Source: Trichinella spiralis (lineage: Eukaryota). Taken from it: a stretch of 64,000 nucleotides of DNA. The notes beneath the pieces are model-generated. The model saw nothing but the letters and a program-made list of their open reading frames with translations, searched no databases and was not told the origin of the DNA. Every line of letters begins with the position of its first letter. Position 1 is the first letter of the stretch. Position numbers and translations under genes: made by a program. The stretch spans positions 642,388 to 706,387 of the forward strand of contig NW_003526947.1 of the NCBI RefSeq assembly GCF_000181795.1. Reading direction: 5' to 3'. Below, one piece after another: positions 50,769-62,417 of this stretch.

Positions 50769-52002
50769 ATGCTTCGAAGTTACGGTCCAGTAGCGCAGGC
50801 GATGCTGGGCTCATTGTTCACTTGGGGAGTAACGGCATTGGGTGCCGCAGGAGTGTTTTTTTTCAAACCTGATAATCGTTATGTTCTTGGTGAGTAAGTA
50901 GATTTTTAAATTTTTTTTTATTTTTTGGTATATGAAAATTCTCCTTTCAGTTATCGCATTATATATACGTATGTATGTATGTGCGAGGCACTGATTACTG
51001 ATTAGTTTTAATTTGTTGTCTGTATTGTTTTACAGTAGAACTGTTGTGCTGTGATGTTGAAAATTATATATTGCACAAACAAAGTTGTAACAAGCGAAAA
51101 GTGGATTTGTAGTTATCATTTGAATCAAATATGCTGCACATCAGTTGAAAAGTTGAATTTGATTTTTTTCCTTTTTTTCAGACGGTAGCCTTGGCTTTTC
51201 AGCCGGTGTAATGACCGCAGCTTCGTTTTGGTCCCTTCTGGAACCTGCCATTAAGATCAGCGTCACTTTTCACAGTGAAATGGGATTTTTGATTGTTCTA
51301 ATTGGCTTTCTGTGCGGCTGTTGGTTTTTGTCCATTTGTGACCGTTATTTTGGTGTCGGTGATCCGGTATGTAAATTGTTGATCGACTGTGAAAAGAAAA
51401 CGGCCGCTTCGAATGTTGTCCATACGGTGCATTTGAACGCAACGCAGAGCGTCGATGTGGACAATTTTGGCGTACGAAGACGTGCAATGCGGGATGTGGA
51501 ATTGTTCACCGAAGAAGAGATGTCGCCGGCTGCTCGTCGAAGTTGGCACAGGATTTTTCTTCTCGTCATGGCCATCACGTTGCACAATATACCGGAAGGT
51601 TTGGCCGTTGGAGTTGGATTCGGTGCAGTTGGCAGTGGAAATTTCGATTACAGTTTCGAAAAAGCGCGCAGTTTGGCTATTGGTATTGGATTGCAGAATT
51701 TTCCCGAAGGTTTGGCCGTCAGTTTGCCATTAGCCGCTTTCGGCTACAACAAATGGAGCAGCTTCTTCTTCGGTCAACTGAGCGGCATGGTGGAACCGAT
51801 CGCGGCACTGTGCGGTGCGATTGGAATCACGCTGATGGAAAATTTGTTACCATTCGCTCTCAGTTTCGCTGCCGGAGCGATGATATACGTGGTCTTCGAC
51901 GACGTGATACCCGAAGCACAGAGTCACGGTCACACGGATTTTGTCATTTGGTCACTCATTTTTGGTTTTTCCCTCATGATGACATTGGATGTTCTGTTTT
52001 AG
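50769..52002 (+). CDS. SLC39A11: Zinc transporter ZIP11 (gufA subfamily); 2 exons (50769-50889, 51182-52002)
   Basis: MLRSYGPVAQAMLGSLFTWGVTALGAA...VL|DGSLGFSAGVMTAASFWSLLEPAI; SWHRIFLLVMAITLHNIPEGLAVGVGFG; GIGLQNFPEGLAVSLPL; GQLSGMVEP; FAAGAMIYVVFDDVIPEA. Confidence 0.95.
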
Positions 52003-52163
52003 TGGGGGGAGAGGGGGTGGGATTCATTTCAACAAAATTCCAATTAATAAATCACTCACTGTGCTCTATTCTTTGTCGATATTGTTTTTTTCCTGTTGTT
52101 CAATATCAATCAATTTTGACTTTTATTTTATACATTTTCCTCATCATGCGTGTAATAAATTCA

Positions 52164-52170
52164 TTTTCAG
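52164..52170 (+). promoter_or_regulatory. Probable trans-splice acceptor TTTTCAG for MRPL24
   Basis: Nematode consensus TTTTCAG ends 7 nt before the MRPL24 ATG; no clear 5' splice donor is seen between it and the ZIP11 poly(A) signal. Confidence 0.6.
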
Positions 52171-52177
52171 TTGCTCG

Positions 52178-53576
52178 ATGCGATTCAGCGTTTTATTGCA
52201 TTGCACTTATTTGAAAAATTTGCCCAAATCATACATTGAACAAGTGAAAAAGACAATACCGAAAAAAGTATTCCGAAATCGTTTCGGTACGCCAGAAATT
52301 GTTGAATACGAGTAAGTTCATCACAAGTTTGGCGTCGAAAATTTATTCACTTGATTTGAAAAAATATTATTTTATTAATTAATTTATTTTTTGATGTTTG
52401 TTCTTCTATTATAACTTTGTGTTCAGACGAAAGCCTGAAGATTATGAATACACTGAATACAGACCTTGGGAGCAGGAAGCGGAAGTGCATCAACAGAAGT
52501 TGGATTACCAACGAAAAATGAACAAAAAGGTTCGCCCCATAGCACCAATTTCAACTATTCCTGATGATCAGTGGATCATGTTTCGTGGTGATAGAGTACG
52601 TACAGTTTTTTTTTTAATTTAAATTTTATCGGCATTCAACTTATTCCACTTGTATTTTTTTTATAGGTCGAAGTACTTGTTGGGAGGGATAAAGGAAAAC
52701 AGGGTTTGATAAATTACATCGTCCGCGAACGTAACTGGTGTTTCGTTGAAGGTTTGAATTGCGTAAATATGGTCTTCTTACAATTTTATATGTATAGATG
52801 GATGTACAATAGAACTGTTTCAGAAATTTCAAATGGTAGGCGCCATTAAACAGATGGGTTACAAAGGTAACATGGTGAAAAAAGAATGCCCACTAGATGT
52901 GGAAAATGAAGTTGCTTTAGTAGATCCAGTAGATTTGTGAGTGGCGTTTCAAATCATTATATTTAAATATAATAAATTATATTTAAATCAGATACATATT
53001 TGAATTTTCGTTTCTTTTTTTTATACGTTTTTGTTTTACATCTTTCCAGTTTTTCAATTTCAAATTATTTGTCATCAATTTTGTTGCCAGCAATTTAATT
53101 TCTTTTCTAGCAACAAAATTAATTATAATCATTTTACACAGAACTGAAATATTGTTTTATTAATATTATTGTTCTGTTATTGTTTGCGATATTGTTTTGT
53201 TGATTTGTCACTAAGAGACGGTTTTACTTTTTTCCAAGTAAGCCAACTAAAGTGGAATGGCGTTGGAATGAAAAAGGCGAAAAGATTCGAGTGAGCGTTC
53301 GATCCGGTCATCAGATACCAATACCTATACGTTCTGAAGAAACTTTGGAATACGTTACTCCGGAAAGTTATTCAGGTTATTTTAACTTGCTCTTCAAAAA
53401 AAATGCGTAAAAAACAGCTGATCAGCTGGTTTTTAGAAAATGAAAAAGATACGACTGCTAAAGTGGTGTTGCAAAGAACTTTTGAACCTCAGCTGAAATT
53501 GTTTGAAGAAGAAATTATGGAAATGTATGATATCCAAGGAGAGGTCTTTCATCAAAAAGATACTTACTGGTATTAA
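52178..53576 (+). CDS. MRPL24: Mitochondrial ribosomal protein L24 (uL24m), multi-exon
   Basis: NLPKSYIE..., YRPWE, WIMFRGDR|VEVLVGRDKGKQGLINYIVRERNWCFVEGLN (KOW motif), VALVDPVD, KPTKVEWRWNEKGEKIRVSVRSGHQIPIP, EKDTTAKVVLQRTFEPQLKLFEEEIM...TYWY*. Confidence 0.94.
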
Positions 53577-54940
53577 ATTGAATAAAACGAAAGCTGTGAT
53601 CATGTTGCTGTATATGAATATATATATGGTGATAGAAAATTCAGGTCAATTTTAGACGATGTATGCTTTGCAAAAATTTACATTACACACTATATTTATT
53701 AACAATTTCTACTAAGAATAATAAAACAAATAGATGAACCCTGTGCATTTAGGAATTATAAATCCCAACAACTGAATGCCAAACGAAATCTCTTCTGCAA
53801 AATTCTTCCCTTTCAAATAACAAATACCTGTTTTGCATTTTTGTTCTTGACTCATTTAAGCCAATATCCAATAATTAAATATGCATCACATTTGACAAAG
53901 CAAACAATTCTGCTTAACCTTTTGAGTGATTGTCGACCTGATTTTCATAATCGATTTACTGTAATTTCAAAGCATTCATGGCAAATTTATGCAAATATCG
54001 CAGTTGAAGAAGAATGGAGGGATGAGGAAATTGAGAAAATGAACTCTGCAAAATATTTGAATAGCAATTAGAAACTATTTGCCATACTCAATTAAGTGTA
54101 CAATTTCAATTTTGCAATTATCAAATTTGAATTTGAAAAATAACTTCTACTCTAATTAATTTAACACTATGAGTGTCACTTTAAACAAGTGAGTGTCATT
54201 TGAAAATTAATTTTTTCAATAAAAATAGCCATAAATGCGGATAATGAAAAATGTTATAAGGCATTTTTATTCCATTCCTACTGGCAGGTAGAATGGTTGA
54301 TTGTTCTTCATCTACTGCCGGCCGATATAGCAAAATCAGCACGCCTAGAAGGGGTCAGAACGCGTAGTGTACAAATACACTAAAACCTATGTTGCCTACT
54401 GAATTAGCCTGAAAGCGGCTGAAAATAACAAAATCAGCACGCCTAGAAGGCATTCAGTTCTAACCCCAATGGTCAGCTGAGTATTGCAACCAAAATACAA
54501 GGCTGCAATCTCGAAAATGTGCAGCAGAATTAGATAATAAAGTAAAGACAAATGAAAAGACATTTGATTCTGCCAAGTGGAAGATAAATTCCACCTTTTA
54601 TAAAGGCGTTAAAGCTATATATTTGCTAAATAATTGCGCTTCAACTGAGCATTACAGATATAAAAGTAAAAACAAGACAGCTACTGAATGATTAATGTAG
54701 GAGTTGAATAAAAAATAATGATACAATTTCAGTCGATAGCTGTGGTGAATAAAATATAAATTACTGTTGAAACTGAAAGATAAGTTCAATTTTGGCAAGA
54801 TTACAATAAGCAAGAAAGTGGTCAGCATTGCTCGCTATCAATGGCAAAGAACAACACAATTTTAATTTCTTTTTTCTTTCCCACCCGCTTTAAAAGTTAA
54901 ATTACAAAAATTTGATTGTCTAGTTCAAGTACTGTACTGT

Positions 54941-55340
54941 ACTTGTTATTTGAATAAACAGGACTTGCTGTATTTGCAAAGAGTAATGTAATAAAGGTCA
55001 ATTTTACGATAAATGATTGATTTATCCATGCATTAGATGTATGAAGAATAGAAGAAAATTGTAAGAAAAGAAGAAAAAGAAAAAAGTACTGTTATTTGAA
55101 TGGTTTCATGGCAAGTTTATGCAAATATAACAGTTGAAGAAGTATGTATTGATGAGGAAATTGAGAAAATTAATTCTGTAAAATATTTGAATAACAATTA
55201 GAAACTATTTCCCATACACAATTAAGTGTTCAGTTTCAATTTTGCAATTATCAAATTGAATTAAAAAATAACTTCTACTTTAAATAATTTAACATTATGA
55301 GTGTTACTTTAAACAAGTCAGTGCTGTCATTTAAACAAGT
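54941..55340. repeat. Diverged ~0.4 kb internal repeat; related copies at ~53975-54200, ~57783-58170 and in the later units
   Basis: Shared blocks such as caattttacgataaatgattgatttatccatgcattagat and gatgaggaaattgagaaaat...caattagaaactattt, with scattered substitutions. Confidence 0.85.
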
Positions 55341-55445
55341 TTGAATGCCAAATTGTTTAAACACTTTAAAGCATGAGTTACGTCTTGTATGCCGCGTTCT
55401 TTAGTTCTTATCAAAGTTCGAGCTTGATAGTTGCATTAAATTGCG

Positions 55446-55676
55446 ATGTGGAAGGAAGGTACTTTCGCGCTTTTCGTGCTTTCCGCTTTGTGCGTGTTGG
55501 TCGCATTTGGGTATATGATTTACAGAGCAGTAAAGTTGGGGAAGAAGGAAAGAAAAAAGAAGATCCAGCAGACAAAGCAAAACGTGAATAAATTCCTTGA
55601 CTTGCTACCACCACCGGGACAGACGGCGCCGTTGGACAGTGAAATTATTCAACAAATGCTTGAGCAGTCGTCATGA
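55446..55676 (+). CDS. Hypothetical 76-aa single-pass membrane micropeptide, copy 1
   Basis: Hydrophobic FALFVLSALCVLVAFGYMIY followed by basic RAVKLGKKERKKK; GC-richer than flanks; AATAAA about 100 nt downstream. Confidence 0.55.
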   Translation: MWKEGTFALFVLSALCVLVAFGYMIYRAVKLGKKERKKKIQQTKQNVNKFLDLLPPPGQTAPLDSEIIQQMLEQSS

Positions 55677-58600
55677 AAGCTGATTCGATCAGCAGCACTG
55701 TTTTTAATATTCGCTTTCTATAAATAATTTCAATAGAAATGTTGTTCTTTGTTTTAATGTCAAAAATTCTTGAAAATAAAATTTACTATATTTTGTTTTG
55801 TTTTCAAATAGATTTAATGGAAATTTTCAAATTTGTAAGCACTGCTATATACATTTTTGCCTTAGAATTAGCAGTTTTTGTGGTTACGGATTAAAAATGA
55901 AAATCCAGTCGTTGAAACGGCAAGAAATGGGAAAATATTGTTACATAGTTTAATCATTTCCTTTCTAGCGCTGCTTTGATAGTTAATTTTTGAAATTCAG
56001 CTGTTGCTGAAAATTCTCTCTTCTGCATAAAATTCAACCTGACGAACACACACGTTTATCCAAACGTTCTTGAATTCGCATATGAATCTTCATTTGTCAA
56101 AATAGAATTTCATTTCTCATCAATGGAATTCAATATAAACATTGAATTATTGTATTACGTTTTTAATTTAATTATCAACACTTCAGAAGCATTTGTTTGA
56201 TAAAAATTTACATATTTTGAAAATCACGGAACACTGAATGATATTATGCTTTACTATCATTCTGTAAATAATCTAATATTTAATCGACGTGCATCCGTAG
56301 ATGAACAGTTAAATATTTTGAACTGCTTTTCGGTAAGATGATGGAATTTGTGTTTAGGTGGTGTTAAAAATTTTCTCGCTTAATTTCTGATGGTTATTAA
56401 CAACTGCCTTTTGTCTGCTTTTTGGGACAAGCAAATTTCCTTTCTGTTAATATTTTATCGTGTTGAGCTATTTAATAGTTGTCAAGCGTTCATTAATTCC
56501 GCTTCTAGGATAGCAGAGGTTAGTAATTAGATAGATCAGCCCAATTATGCGATAGGCAGAAGAATGACTCTTTCGCATTTTCCATATGCAGCTAATTGAA
56601 GCTGAATTCAAGTACCACAAGTGACGTGATTGAAAAATTCTGAACAAGCAAAATGGTAATGTATTTTGTTTTAAATATTCTATTGATTTCTCATCATGCA
56701 CGTGGCTATTTCTTACGGCATAGAAAGTTACATGGCAGCACTCTGAATTCCTGCATTAAATTAAAATTAATTGTTTTATTGTACATTTTCTGTGGAATGT
56801 ATTCCTTTTTTGAAAAAGCCATTTTTGAATCTGAAGTACGAAGCATTAAAAAGTAATTTTTTATTTCTGAATAATTTTTTAGAAGGGTTTAGATTTTCAT
56901 ATTTAGGCAGTTTAAAGTGCACTTGGCTTGTATTATAACTAAATTGTAGATTTTCTTTCATCAGACTTTAAAATACGAAATGATAAATAATGCTAATGTT
57001 TTGATAATTTGCGTAAACATGGAAAATTTATGACTGTCTTTTCAGTGATTTTCAATTTTGCACGTTATATGACAGTTTTGAACTTCGAAGATACATGAAT
57101 TGCCGATTATAATGGTTAATAGAAATATTTGATTGCTTCATCAACTCGAATTATGTTATCCGAAGGCAAACTGAAATGAAGCTTGTTTCCCTGACATCGA
57201 AATGTATTTGTGAGATCTCGCTATTTGTTTGCCTTTCTGCTAACATCCACCAAAATTATGTCGGCCCAGCGGAGTGAACAATTTAAGTAGTACTTGTTCA
57301 CCAATTCATTTCATGGAAAACTCTATGTAAGTGCTATGCAATCACTTTTGCGTCATTCGTAGAAATAATTTTTGGCTAACGGTATGCTGAGAGTGAATGG
57401 TGGTGCGTTTTCAATGGAAAGACGGTCGTAGGTCCTTAAATTAGATATGATTTTTTGTTCATTTTATTATAATTTCTAGAAATTTTTTGTCGTGGTATGG
57501 AACTGCATATAAAGAAGGATGGATCTCAACCAAATGGAGACGCTAATTTAGTTAAGTCTCATTTTTCTTCACTTATTTCGTTTTTTTCTACAGTAATGTA
57601 ATTTCTGAAATTTCACGTCTAAGATGACAAGCCCTTTATTTGGAAAATTTTATGGATGTAGAATAGTCAAAATATTCCATTATAAATGAGATATGTGCAA
57701 AATGTGTCAATGCTTACGATTAGCAGCAATTAAAATTTCAGTTTGTCCAGATATTCTTTGTCGAGATACGCTACGTGAAGCTACTTGTTATTTGAGTTAA
57801 CGGGACTTGTTGTATTTGAAAAGAGTAAAGTAGTAAAGGCCAATTTTACGATAAATGATTGATTTATCCATGCATTAGATATTTAAAGCATAGAATAAAA
57901 TTGTAAGAAAAGAAGAATAAAAAAAGTACAGTAATTTGAATGCTTTCATGGCAAGTTTATGCAAATACAGCGGTTGAAGAAGTATGTATGGATGAGGAAA
58001 TTGAGAAAATGAACTCTGCAAAATATTTGAATAGCAATTAGAAACTATTTGCCATACTCAATTAAGTGTACAATTTCAATTTTGCAATTATCAAATTTGA
58101 ATTTGAAAAATAACTTCTACTCTAATTAATTTAACACTATGAGTGTCACTTTAAACAAGTGAGTGTCATTTGAAAATTAATTTTTTCAATAAAAATAGCC
58201 ATAAATGCGGATGATGAAAAATGTTATAAGGCATTTTTATTCCATTCCTACTGGCAGGTGGAATGGTTGATTGTTCTTCATCTACTGCCGGCCGATATAG
58301 CAAAATCAGCACGCCTAGAAGGGGTCAGAACGCGTAGTGTACAAATACACTAAAACCTATGTTGCCTACTGAATTAGCCTGAAAGCGGCTGAAAATAACA
58401 AAATCAGCACGCCTAGAAGGCATTCAGTTCTAACCCCAATGGTCAGCTGAGTATTGCAACCAAAATACAAGGCTGCAATCTCGAAAATGTGCAGCAGAAT
58501 TAGATAATAAAGTAAAGACAAATGAAAAGACATTTGATTCTGCCAAGTGGAAGATAAATTCCACCTTTTATAAAGGCGTTAAAGCTATATATTTGCTAAA

Positions 58601-59616
58601 TAATTGCGCTTCAACTGAGCATTACAGATATAAAAGTAAAAACAGACAGCTACTGAATGATTAATGTAGGAGATTGAAATAAAAAAATAATGATACAATT
58701 TCAGTCGATAGCTGTGGTGAAATAAAAANNNNNNNNNNATTCTGCCAGTGGAAGATAAATTCCACCTTTTATAAAGGCGTTAAAGCTATATATTTGCTAA
58801 ATAATTGCGCTTCAACTGAGCATTACAGATATAAAAGTAAAAACAAGACAGCTACTGAATGATTAATGTAGGAGTTGAATAAAAAATAATGATACAATTT
58901 CAGTCGATAGCTGTGGTGAATAAAATATAAATTACTGTTGAAACTGAAAGATAAGTTCAATTTTGGCAAGATTACAATAAGCAAGAAAGTGGTCAGCATT
59001 GCTCGCTATCAATGGCAAAGAACAACACAATTTTAATTTCTTTTTTCTTTCCCACCCGCTTTAAAAGTTAAATTACAAAAATTTGATTGTCTAGTTCAAG
59101 TACTGTACTGTACTTGTTATTTGAATAAACAGGACTTGCTGTATTTGCAAAGAGTAATGTAATAAAGGTCAATTTTACGATAAATGATTGATTTATCCAT
59201 GCATTAGATGTATGAAGAATAGAAGAAAATTGTAAGAAAAGAAGAAAAAGAAAAAAGTACTGTTATTTGAATGGTTTCATGGCAAGTTTATGCAAATATA
59301 ACAGTTGAAGAAGTATGTATTGATGAGGAAATTGAGAAAATTAATTCTGTAAAATATTTGAATAACAATTAGAAACTATTTCCCATACACAATTAAGTGT
59401 TCAGTTTCAATTTTGCAATTATCAAATTGAATTAAAAAATAACTTCTACTTTAAATAATTTAACATTATGAGTGTTACTTTAAACAAGTCAGTGCTGTCA
59501 TTTAAACAAGTTTGAATGCCAAATTGTTTAAACACTTTAAAGCATGAGTTACGTCTTGTATGCCGCGTTCTTTAGTTCTTATCAAAGTTCGAGCTTGATA
59601 GTTGCATTAAATTGCG

Positions 59617-59850
59617 ATGTGGAAGGAAGGTACTTTCGCGCTTTTCGTGCTTTCCGCTTTGTGCGTGTTGGTCGCATTTGGGTATATGATTTACAGAGCA
59701 GTAAAGTTGGGGAAGAAGGAAAGAAAAAAGAAGATCCAGCAGACAAAGCAAAACGTGAATAAATTCCTTGACTTGCTACCACCACCGGGGACAGACGGGC
59801 GCCGTTGGACAGTGAAATTATTCAACAAATGCTTGAGCAGTTCGTCCTGA
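59617..59850 (+). CDS. Micropeptide copy 2; 3' frameshifts next to an N gap (likely read-end errors)
   Basis: Identical to copy 1 up to LLPPPG, then single-base insertions within ~70 nt of the gap. Confidence 0.45.
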   Translation: MWKEGTFALFVLSALCVLVAFGYMIYRAVKLGKKERKKKIQQTKQNVNKFLDLLPPPGTDGRRWTVKLFNKCLSSSS

Positions 59851-62186
59851 AAGCTGANNNNNNNNNNAATTGCCGGATTATAATGGTTAATAGAAATATT
59901 TGATTGCTTCATCAACTCGAATTATGTTATCCGAAGGCAAACTGAAATGAAGCTTGTTTCCCTGACATCGAAATGTATTTGTGAGATCTCGCTATTTGTT
60001 TGCCTTTCTGCTAACATCCACCAAAATTATGTCGGCCCAGCGGAGTGAACAATTTAAGTAGTACTTGTTCACCAATTCATTTCATGGAAAACTCTATGTA
60101 AGTGCTATGCAATCACTTTTGCGTCATTCGTAGAAATAATTTTTGGCTAACGGTATGCTGAGAGTGAATGGTGGTGCGTTTTCAATGGAAAGACGGTCGT
60201 AGGTCCTTAAATTAGATATGATTTTTTGTTCATTTTATTATAATTTCTAGAAATTTTTTGTCGTGGTATGGAACTGCATATAAAGAAGGATGGATCTCAA
60301 CCAAATGGAGACGCTAATTTAGTTAAGTCTCATTTTTCTTCACTTATTTCGTTTTTTTCTACAGTAATGTAATTTCTGAAATTTCACGTCTAAGATGACA
60401 AGCCCTTTATTTGGAAAATTTTATGGATGTAGAATAGTCAAAATATTCCATTATAAATGAGATATGTGCAAAATGTGTCAATGCTTACGATTAGCAGCAA
60501 TTAAAATTTCAGTTTGTCCAGATATTCTTTGTCGAGATACGCTACGTGAAGCTACTTGTTATTTGAGTTAACGGGACTTGTTGTATTTGAAAAGAGTAAA
60601 GTAGTAAAGGCCAATTTTACGATAAATGATTGATTTATCCATGCATTAGATATTTAAAGCATAGAATAAAATTGTAAGAAAAGAAGAATAAAAAAAGTAC
60701 AGTAATTTGAATGCTTTCATGGCAAGTTTATGCAAATACAGCGGTTGAAGAAGTATGTATGGATGAGGAAATTGAGAAAATGAACTCTGCAAAATATTTG
60801 AATAGCAATTAGAAACTATTTGCCATACTCAATTAAGTGTACAATTTCAATTTTGCAATTATCAAATTTGAATTTGAAAAATAACTTCTACTCTAATTAA
60901 TTTAACACTATGAGTGTCACTTTAAACAAGTGAGTGTCATTTGAAAATTAATTTTTTCAATAAAAATAGCCATAAATGCGGATGATGAAAAATGTTATAA
61001 GGCATTTTTATTCCATTCCTACTGGCAGGTGGAATGGTTGATTGTTCTTCATCTACTGCCGGCCGATATAGCAAAATCAGCACGCCTAGAAGGGGTCAGA
61101 ACGCGTAGTGTACAAATACACTAAAACCTATGTTGCCTACTGAATTAGCCTGAAAGCGGCTGAAAATAACAAAATCAGCACGCCTAGAAGGCATTCAGTT
61201 CTAACCCCAATGGTCAGCTGAGTATTGCAACCAAAATACAAGGCTGCAATCTCGAAAATGTGCAGCAGAATTAGATAATAAAGTAAAGACAAATGAAAAG
61301 ACATTTGATTCTGCCAAGTGGAAGATAAATTCCACCTTTTATAAAGGCGTTAAAGCTATATATTTGCTAAATAATTGCGCTTCAACTGAGCATTACAGAT
61401 ATAAAAGTAAAAACAAGACAGCTACTGAATGATTAATGTAGGAGTTGAATAAAAAATAATGATACAATTTCAGTCGATAGCTGTGGTGAATAAAATATAA
61501 ATTACTGTTGAAACTGAAAGATAAGTTCAATTTTGGCAAGATTACAATAAGCAAGAAAGTGGTCAGCATTGCTCGCTATCAATGGCAAAGAACAACACAA
61601 TTTTAATTTCTTTTTTCTTTCCCACCCGCTTTAAAAGTTAAATTACAAAAATTTGATTGTCTAGTTCAAGTACTGTACTGTACTTGTTATTTGAATAAAC
61701 AGGACTTGCTGTATTTGCAAAGAGTAATGTAATAAAGGTCAATTTTACGATAAATGATTGATTTATCCATGCATTAGATGTATGAAGAATAGAAGAAAAT
61801 TGTAAGAAAAGAAGAAAAAGAAAAAAGTACTGTTATTTGAATGGTTTCATGGCAAGTTTATGCAAATATAACAGTTGAAGAAGTATGTATTGATGAGGAA
61901 ATTGAGAAAATTAATTCTGTAAAATATTTGAATAACAATTAGAAACTATTTCCCATACACAATTAAGTGTTCAGTTTCAATTTTGCAATTATCAAATTGA
62001 ATTAAAAAATAACTTCTACTTTAAATAATTTAACATTATGAGTGTTACTTTAAACAAGTCAGTGCTGTCATTTAAACAAGTTTGAATGCCAAATTGTTTA
62101 AACACTTTAAAGCATGAGTTACGTCTTGTATGCCGCGTTCTTTAGTTCTTATCAAAGTTCGAGCTTGATAGTTGCATTAAATTGCG

Positions 62187-62417
62187 ATGTGGAAGGAAGG
62201 TACTTTCGCGCTTTTCGTGCTTTCCGCTTTGTGCGTGTTGGTCGCATTTGGGTATATGATTTACAGAGCAGTAAAGTTGGGGAAGAAGGAAAGAAAAAAG
62301 AAGATCCAGCAGACAAAGCAAAACGTGAATAAATTCCTTGACTTGCTACCACCACCGGGACAGACGGCGCCGTTGGACAGTGAAATTATTCAACAAATGC
62401 TTGAGCAGTCGTCATGA
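62187..62417 (+). CDS. Micropeptide copy 3, same protein as copy 1
   Basis: Identical translation in the ORF track. Confidence 0.55.
   Translation: MWKEGTFALFVLSALCVLVAFGYMIYRAVKLGKKERKKKIQQTKQNVNKFLDLLPPPGQTAPLDSEIIQQMLEQSS

Noticed and set aside
54331..54450. 22-nt direct repeats as a CRISPR array, or CTGA...GAAA as a hammerhead ribozyme
   Set aside because: Only two repeats in a eukaryotic context with no cas genes; the core lacks CUGANGA.
55373..55614. Overlapping 72-aa (+) and 67-aa (-) ORFs at the micropeptide locus
   Set aside because: The 76-aa frame has the coherent TM-plus-basic architecture; the others are likely shadows, though not formally excluded.
58537..58925. ~190-bp duplication either side of the first N gap
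   Set aside because: Overlapping contig ends with indel errors; an assembly artefact.
59780..59857. Frameshifts in micropeptide copy 2 as pseudogenisation
   Set aside because: They cluster at a contig end beside Ns and are probably sequencing errors.
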